A stretch of DNA of 64,000 nucleotides from Piromyces finnis finn (Eukaryota > Fungi > Neocallimastigomycota): NCBI GenBank assembly GCA_002104945.1, contig MCFH01000034.1, positions 310,001-374,000 on the forward strand. The letters are read 5' to 3'. Made by a program: the position numbers and the translations under genes. This document shows, piece by piece, positions 55,349 to 64,000 of the stretch. A model generated the notes under the pieces. The model saw nothing but the letters and a program-made list of their open reading frames with translations, was not told the origin of the DNA and did no database searches. How positions within the stretch are numbered: the first letter of the stretch is position 1; every line of letters starts with the position of its first letter.

Positions 55349-58300
55349 ATGGATATTCAAATTTCAAATTTAATTAATAAATTCACTGCTCTTCATCTAA
55401 AAGATCTTATTAAAGCTGTAAGAGCTTGTAAGACTGCTGCTGATGAAAGAGCTGTTATTGCAAAGGAATCAGCTAACATTAGAACTTCTTTTAAGGAAGA
55501 TGATAGTCATGAATCCAGAAATAATAATATTTCAAAACTTTTATATATTCATATGCTTGGTTACCCCGCCCATTTTGGACAAATTGAATGTTTAAAATTA
55601 GGTATCTATTATATATTTCTAAAAAGATAACTTTTGAAATGTTATGAAAAAACATCTCGAAAATAAAATAGTTTACCTTTTTATAAATACAAATTAATTT
55701 TTCTTATATAACATTCGATTTAAAATAATAAAAAAAAATATTAAAAGTTGCTTCTCCAAGATTCTCTGATAAGCGTGTAGGTTATCTTGGTATTATGTTA
55801 TTATTAGATGAAAACCAAGAAATTTTAACATTAGTTACCAATTCAATAAAAAAGTATGTATATTAAAATAATAATGTATAGTAATAATCTATTAATAATT
55901 TTATTATTTAATTAATTCATTTTCCCCTGTTTATAGCGATTTAAATCACGGTAATATGTATATAGTTGGTCTTGCTTTATGTACATTGGGTAATATTTCT
56001 TCTGTAGAAATGGCTAGAGATTTATCAAATGAGGTTGAAAAACTATTAGGTAGTACTAGTTCATACATTAGAAAGAAGGCAGCCCTTTGTGCTTTAAGAA
56101 TCATTAAAAAAGTTCCGGAATTAACTGAAAATTATATTCAAAGAGCTAAGAAACTCTTAGGTGAAAGACATCATGGTGTTTTACTTACTGCCATTACTCT
56201 TTTAACTGAAATGTGTAAACAAGACCAAGCTGTTACCAAGGAAATTCGCAAAGTAAATGTTGTCATATATTATATATTTTATAAAATAAAACATTATTAT
56301 TTTATCTTTGATATAAAAAAAAATTTTTTTTTATGCTCAGTATAAATAAATATAAATTTTTATTATACAAAATTGAATAATTAAATATTTATTAAATAAT
56401 AATTATTTAGTATGTACCTCACTTGGTTAAGATCTTACGTGGTTTAACTACTAATGAATTTAGTGCAGAACACAATGTTAATAATATTTCTGATCCATTC
56501 CTTCAGGTTAAAATTTTAAGATTATTAAGAATTTTAGGTCATAAAAATCAAAGAGCTAGTGAAGCTATGAATGATATTTTAGCTCAAGTAAATATGAATT
56601 TAAACCTATTTTAAAAATCTAAATCATTATTGGAATAAAATTAATGAAAAATTTTTTTTTAAAATATTTAAATTTAAATAGGTTGTTACCAATACCGAAG
56701 GTTCTAAAAATACTGGTAACGCTGTATTATATGAAGCTGTTTTAACTATTATTTATGTTGAAAGTGAAAATTCCCTAAGAGTTTTAGCTATAAATATTTT
56801 GGGTCGTTTCTTAGCTAATTCAGATAATAATATTAAATATGTTGCATTAATGACTCTCACCACTGTTGCTGATACTGGATTCGCTAGTACATCAACGTTA
56901 CAACGTCATAGAAAGATTATTTTAGATTGTTTAAAGGATGTTGATATTTCAATTCGTCATCGTGCTTTAGATTTATCTTTCTCTCTTCTTAATAGCCAAA
57001 ACATTAGAGCTATGACAAGAGAATTATTAAATTATTTAGAAGTTGCCCCAGTTAATGAAAAGAGTAGTGTTATTCGTAGAATCTGTGAATCAGCTAGTAT
57101 TTGGAAACCAAATAGTCGTTGGGAAATTGATACAATTTGCAGAGTTTTAACTATTGCTGGAAAGTAAGTCAATTAAAAAATAATAATTTCGTAATATATT
57201 GTCATCATTATAAAGTAATTTATAGAACAAATCACAAAGGTTAATATATCATTGTATTAAATAACTTTTTATTCATTAATTTTATTATAGTTCTACTGAA
57301 CAAGACATTATAAATCATTTCATAAAACTTATTTCTGTTTCTCCAGGAGATTTACAACAATACATTACCAGAAAATTATACGGTATATTATCACAAGATG
57401 ACGAAAAGATTTTAGAGCAAGAAGGTTTAATACTTGCTGGTGCATGGTGTATTGGTGAATATGGTGATATGTTAGTTGGTAATGATGCCGATAAGGTTCT
57501 TGGTGGACTTTTATCAGAAGATAATAATAATGAAGATGCTGAAGAAAATAGTTCTGCTGATATTAAGCCAAGTGAAGATGATGTTATTATCTTATTAAAC
57601 AAATTGATTGAACATTTCTGTAATAATAATGACGTATGTAATTATATTTTAACTGCCTTAGCAAAATTAACTACTCGTTTCTCCTCTTCATCTAAGGAAA
57701 AGTGTCGTTCTGTTATTTCCAGATATGTTGTTAATACTGATATGGAAATTCAGCAACGTGCTGTTGAATATAATGAATTTTTAAAATTAGATGAAGCAAC
57801 AATCACTTCACTTATGGAAAGAATTCCACCATTAGAAGGTGCTTCCAAATTATTAACCTCTAGAAAACATGGAAAATCTAAGGATTCCATAGATGATGGT
57901 ATCGATTTATTGGATGATATTGATAATACTAACTCTTCTTCCGGTAATTTACCATCAGCAAATGATCTTCTTGGTCTTGGTGCACCAGCAGCTACTGCAC
58001 CACAAAATGATAATATTATGGACTTATTAGGTGGTTTAAGTCTTGGTGGAAGTACTATGCCAACTGTTACACCAACCCAAAACAATTCTAATGCTATGGA
58101 TTTATTAGGTAGTGTTAGTACTTCTACTCCAAGTACAGTAAAGAGTAATTCAATGGATTTATTAGGCGATATTTTTGGCAATAGTACCAATACTAACACC
58201 ACTCCTGTTACTAATGCCACTGCATCACCAATTAATTTAATGAGCCCACTTTCTAATTCTGGTTTAACACCAGCTACAAATACTAGAAGTAAATTTATAT

Positions 58301-58886
58301 AACAATTTTTATTTTTATTATAATATATACATTCCATGATTTAAATGAGCATGTGAACTAATTTTTTAATTTATTTCCTAATAGAAACTTATATTGCATA
58401 TGAAAAGAATGGATTAAAATTAGAATTTATTCCAAAGCAAGAACCAAATAATATTACACTTGTTAAGGGTATATTTTCATCCAATAATACAATTAATCAA
58501 ATTAATTTACAAATTGCCGTTCAAAAGGTAAAAATCTATTTCTATTGCTATCATTATTGTTGTTGTTGTTGTATAAAAAAACAGGGTATTAAGATATCCA
58601 ATTTCAATATTATTTTAGGCTTTACGTTTACAAATGAATTCTCCTTCCGGCAATTCAGTTTCACCAGGAAATAATGTAATACAATTCTTCAAGCTTTTAA
58701 ATCCAACCAATGTAAGTTTAATAGAAATCCTGATTTTAAGTGAAATGAATAAAAAAAATAATTATTTATTATTATATAATTTTTCTACAGGTTCCAATAA
58801 AATTAAGATTAAGAATTTCATATCAATTAAGCAGTGGTCAAGCTATAAATGAAATTGTAGAATTTAATTCATTTATGGATTTATAA
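55349..58886 (+). CDS. AP1G1: AP-1 complex gamma adaptin
   Basis: [29 protein letters not shown]; [21 protein letters not shown]; [16 protein letters not shown]; [13 protein letters not shown]; [11 protein letters not shown]; hinge and ear exons end ...EFNSFMDL* at 58886. Confidence 0.97.
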
Positions 58887-61163
58887 GCAATCAACAGCTT
58901 TAAAAAATAATAAATAAATAAATAAAAAATCAGATAAGAAACAATGAAAACCGAAAAGAAAAAAAAATCATAACGTCTTTCTTTATAAAAAAAAAAAAAA
59001 AAAAAAAAATAGAAAAAGTAATCAAAATTTATTTAACATCAATATAAAATATAAAACAGTAATTGTTCAAATAATAATATTTTTAATTACATCAAATTTT
59101 TTAACACAATATATAATGATAGTAATAAAAATTAGTATAAAGTTTTTATTATTATTTTCAAAGATAATATAGAATTCTCAAAAAAAAAAAAAATAAATAA
59201 ATAAAATAAAAAATAAAATAATAATAATAATTATTTCTCATTATTAGATATTTTAAATACATAACAAATATTAGATTTTCTATACATGTTAATAAAAAGA
59301 TAAACATTTTATTAAATAAATAATTTTTAAAAAATTTTATTAAAGATTATTCTATTATAATTATGAGAATCACATGATTATTCCATAACCTCACCAAAAA
59401 TGTAGAGAATTGTGGATTTTTATTATCATTCTATGTGTTATCAACATAGATTTATGTAAAGTTTAAAAAAATACAATTCTTATACATTAAAAAACTATTT
59501 TTGGAAATATATTTATATTTTATTTATTTTAAAATATAAATATATATTATTATAAATATTATATATTTTTAACTCCTTTAATATATGATAATAATTTTAA
59601 ATATTCTATTAAAATAATATATTGAGAATTTATTTTAATTGTTATTTTTAATATAGGATTAATAATTCTGTACAACATTATTTAACCAAAATGAAATGTT
59701 TGTGCTACTTAAAAAATATATTTAATTATTCATTATTTTACATATATTATTAATATATTCTTATTATATTGGATATTTGAATCATCTATTATTAACTAAA
59801 AAAGAATAAATACATATCCTAGAAAATATATATTAATTTTTAATTTTTAATAAATTAAATTTTAGTTTCAAGAAAGTATAATTAATATCATTTTCTTTTT
59901 TTAACAATTATTCAATAAATTATATATTATTAATATTATTTTACTAATTTTACTATATATTATTTTTTATATATAATATATGTCGAATATTTGTGTAATA
60001 AAAAGTTTTAGTATAACAATATATTGTTCATATGAAATATTTATTATAATATATAATATTAAACAAAAAAAAAAAGAATAATAAAATTTTACTATAATTT
60101 AAATTTATATCCTCATCATATATATATGCCTTTTTTTTCAAGAATATTGAAACATTACTTTCAGAGTTATTATTAAAGAAATTACACTATCAGCAATAAA
60201 AATGAATGTGAAATTCTTTTATTAAAAGAGGAGTATATATTTATTTTATACATCAATTTTAAAGAATGTGTAAGTTGTTAATCTAATAATGAAATTTTTT
60301 GAGTAATATTATAAAAGGAACCAAATAAAAATATATATAAAAAAAATAGTAACAATAAATAGATATAAAAAAAAATATTTATTATCTTTTTTTTTTCAAT
60401 TGATAAAATTAATTTTCTTAAAAAAGGAAAAAGAAAGAAAGAAAGAAAAAAGAATAATAAATAACATTTCTATACACTATTAAAGATGAAAATAAATAAG
60501 CAGAATAATTTAGTATGATTATTTTTGAAATAGATTTAACAATATATTATTGATTAACATTTACAATTCAAATTAAATTTTATTTATATAACAATTTATT
60601 CAATTATTTTTTTTTTCTTTTATACTTAATATTTAAAAGAAAGTTAAGAATAATCAATCCATAAAATATTATCCACAAATTAGTAGAATTAAATAAAGTA
60701 AAAATAGAAACTCAATATACCATTATTCAAATTTTCAATATTATTAACAATATACCATAGATATTATAACAATCCATAAAATTTTTCTTTATAAACAAGT
60801 AACTCTTTTCAAAGCATTATCAAAATTTTATGTAAAATTCTGATAATTATAGAGAAATCAACATTATTATATCATATTATTGACGACTATTATTTTATTA
60901 ACCATCACTCTAGTATATTGTTTATTTTATTCAATCAAAATTTCCAAAATAAATTTTTAAAAAAAAAACAATTTATTATAATATTTAATATTTTGTCAAA
61001 CATAATCTTTTATAAATTTTATATAAAGAAACAGTAATAAAATTTATATTTAAAATTGTACTTAAAATAGAAAAAAGTTATAACTTTATTAAAAATAAAA
61101 TAAAAAATAATAAATTTAAATAAATTAAAAAAAAAAGATTTAATATCTTAATAAATAAATAAG

Positions 61164-63087
61164 ATGGCAGAATCAATTAATATTGTAGAAAAAAGGGAAT
61201 CAAAATCAATATTTGAAAAATATACAGTAGATCAAGCTATTGAAGGTGTTGGTTATGGCCCTTTTCATAGAAAATTATCCTTATTAACGGGTAGTAGTAT
61301 AGGTAAATATTACGAAAAAAAAAGTTTTTAAAAATATTAATTCGAATAATAATAAATAAACAATATTTTTCATTAATAATTATTTATAATATTTTTTATA
61401 TAATAGGAAATACTACTCTTCAATTATCTTTCATATTAACTACAATTTCAAAGTTAAAAGAAGAATTAAACTACACCTCGAAAAGTTCTATCATATTTAA
61501 TCAAACATTATCAGTACTATTTATTGGCCAAATAATAGGAGGAATATTATGGTCTAGTGTGGGGAAAAAATATGGTTAGTATTTATAAATTGTTTAGTTT
61601 TTTTTAAAAAAAAAATAATAAATACATTAACAAGTTATTATTTTAATAAATAGGACGTTCAAAAGCATTTTTCTATAGTAGTTTAGTTACAAGTATATCG
61701 CTTTTAATTTCTTCTTTTATAACAACCTATTCATGGTTATTAATTTCAAGATTTTTAATCGGAATTGGTTTAGGTATTATTTTAAATAATCCCTTTTTTA
61801 AAAAAAAAATTAATATAATTGAAAAAATAAATACTAAATTTTATCATATATATATTATATATAGCTTCTATTATATCAGTTGATTATCAAATGTTTTTAG
61901 AATTTACTTTAATATCAAAAATTCAAATATCTCATTTATATTTTGTATCTTACTGGGCAATTTCCGGTGGTATGAATTTTATAAAAATTTAATACAAATA
62001 ATATATAAAATTGATATTTATATAGATATCTAATAATTAATACTTTAATTCGTATATAATAGTGATTCTATCTTCATATTTATCATGGATATTTGTTCCA
62101 TTAATGGGAATGAAAATGACTTCCATTATATATACCATACCATCGTTTATTATTACATATTTAAAATATAAATGGAAACATGAATCACCAAGATTTTTAG
62201 TTAAAGAACATAAAATATTTAGTGCTGCTGATGAACTTTATGTAATTGCTGAACAAAATCACACAACTGTGCCAAATGGTACTCTTATTCCAACCATTGA
62301 TGAACAAAATGATACATTTAATTCAACAATTAAATTATGTTTTAAACCACCAAAACAGCAAAAACATGCTATCTATGAATTAATAAATTTATGTTGTATA
62401 GTATTAATTTTAATTACAGGTATAATGCACATATCATTAAAATCAACAACTACTGGTGATCATCATAGTATCACTCATAATATTATGAATGAAAATTTCA
62501 CATTTATCAATTTATTATGGAGTATAATAAATTTATTATCAATTCCAATAGTATTAATAATATATAAAAAATATGAAAAATATCAAAAGCATTATGCCCT
62601 TGCTACCTTGTTCACAATAAGTGGTATCTCTTATTTAATAATGGCATTAACTAGTCAATTTTATGTTGTATGCATTTTAAGTATACCAATCCTCTTTACA
62701 ATAGAATTAGGTTTTGCAATTCTTTTTCACCATATGATAGAAAACTTTATTGCAGTTGCCAAATCTTCTGGTTTTTCATTAATGAACTATGCAATTGCAA
62801 TCTATGCTTTAATCTTCATAAACATTGAAAGTTTGATAATTGATTCCTTTGTATCCTTTAAACTATGTTTAGTTGTAACAGGTTTATCAGCAATTGCACT
62901 TGCTATATGCAATTTCACTGGATTCAATGGTGTTATTGAAAGAAAAAAAGATAATGGAAAGTTATCATTAGATGATCTTGAAAGTGGATCTTTAATAAAT
63001 CAAGAAATTTCAATAGATGAAGACGATGATGATGATGAAGAAATATCAATGATAAAAGAAAAAGAAGGGGAAAATATAGAGAATTAA
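61164..63087 (+). CDS. MFS transporter, SV2/SVOP-like, divergent
   Basis: ATG 61164; YTVDQAIEGVGYGPFHRKL resembles the SVOP N-terminus from recall. Four GT-AG phase-1 introns link to the 62062-63087 ORF. Multiple hydrophobic segments; SSVGKKYGRS at the motif-A position; LLISRFLIGIGL. Confidence 0.8.
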
Positions 63088-64000
63088 TTTGTTTTTGTTT
63101 TTTTTTTTAATAATAATAATAATAATAATTAGGTTAAACAAAATATATAACTAATATGTATATTAAAAAAAATAAAAAAAAATATTTATAAAATAACTTT
63201 TTTTTTTATTATTATTATTATTATATAATAATAACTCTATATAATTATTTATTATATTCATTTCATTATGAAAATATAATTATATTTAATTATTAAACTA
63301 CAGATTATTTATTTTTTTATAATTTTTATTATTAAACTTACAAGTTTTAATAAAAAAAAAAAAAAAAGCAAAATATAAAATGAATTCTTAATGTTATTAT
63401 TTATTTATAATTATATTAATGTTTTTATAATTCCCTTTTATATATATATATTTATATATACTTTTTTCATTTTTATAATAATCTTAATAGATATCATTAT
63501 CGTATTATAAAAGAAAAAAATTTAATAATGATAACAATGATAATGCTAATGATACCAACAAAAACAATAAAATATAAATAAATAAGATATTAAATTTGAA
63601 AATACATGAATAAAATTTTTGAACAATGTAATGGTAATCACTCAAAAAAAAATATTTTTTTATGATTAGCAGTATTTATAATTTATCCTTATTTTAGAAA
63701 TTATAAAATATTTAGGAAAAGAAATTTTTAATACTCAAATTTATATCTATAAATAATCCCATTTTATACCATCGTTGTTTATTATTATTTAATATATACT
63801 TTGTATTTTATTTAATAAAGATTAAATTTATTATACTTTTATAGTTTTATTCTTTTGTATAAAAATTCTTTAGAATGATTAAAAGATAAAAAAAAAAAAA
63901 GTTTTTAACTATTATTATTTCTATTAGGAAAGTAAAAAAAAAAAAATTATAATTATATAGGATGATATAGGATTAAAATAAGAAATTTAAAAGAAAAAAA

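Noticed and set aside
60100-60950. Short hydrophobic peptide fragments on the minus strand suggesting a membrane-protein pseudogene
   Set aside because: Fragments are short, interrupted by stops and expected from AT-rich DNA; no motif recognised.

Overview
Extremely AT-rich, intron-rich eukaryotic DNA read with the standard code. Composition, fungal-type proteins and a flagellar inner-protein gene point to a zoosporic fungus, most likely an anaerobic gut fungus (Neocallimastigomycota); this is inference. Manual splicing gives 12 gene models. Six consecutive minus-strand genes come first: a TPR protein running off the left edge, a ~1,950-aa 33-exon HEAT/ARM-like protein, a CLASP/TOG-family protein, a WDR53-like WD40 protein, a Crz1-like C2H2 factor and a FAM166/CIMIP2-like PYG-repeat protein. 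Then come SEC23 (+), a fatty-acid elongase (-), a coiled-coil+LRR gene the ORF track misses (+), a CRAL-TRIO protein (-), AP-1 gamma adaptin (+) and an SV2/SVOP-like MFS transporter (+). Highlights: (1) two AT-AC introns with U12 (minor spliceosome) signals in the HEAT gene, both needed to keep its frame; (2) the 43906 ORF splices at its apparent end into 69/72-nt phase-2 exons that each encode one LRR, with decayed LRR-like pieces downstream; (3) a Cdc37-like IDYSKW motif in the TPR protein; (4) a ~12-copy short motif and a degenerate first finger in the zinc-finger factor. No rRNA, tRNA, CRISPR array or intact transposon was recognised. All gene models are hand-spliced without RNA data, and protein family calls are from recall, not searches.
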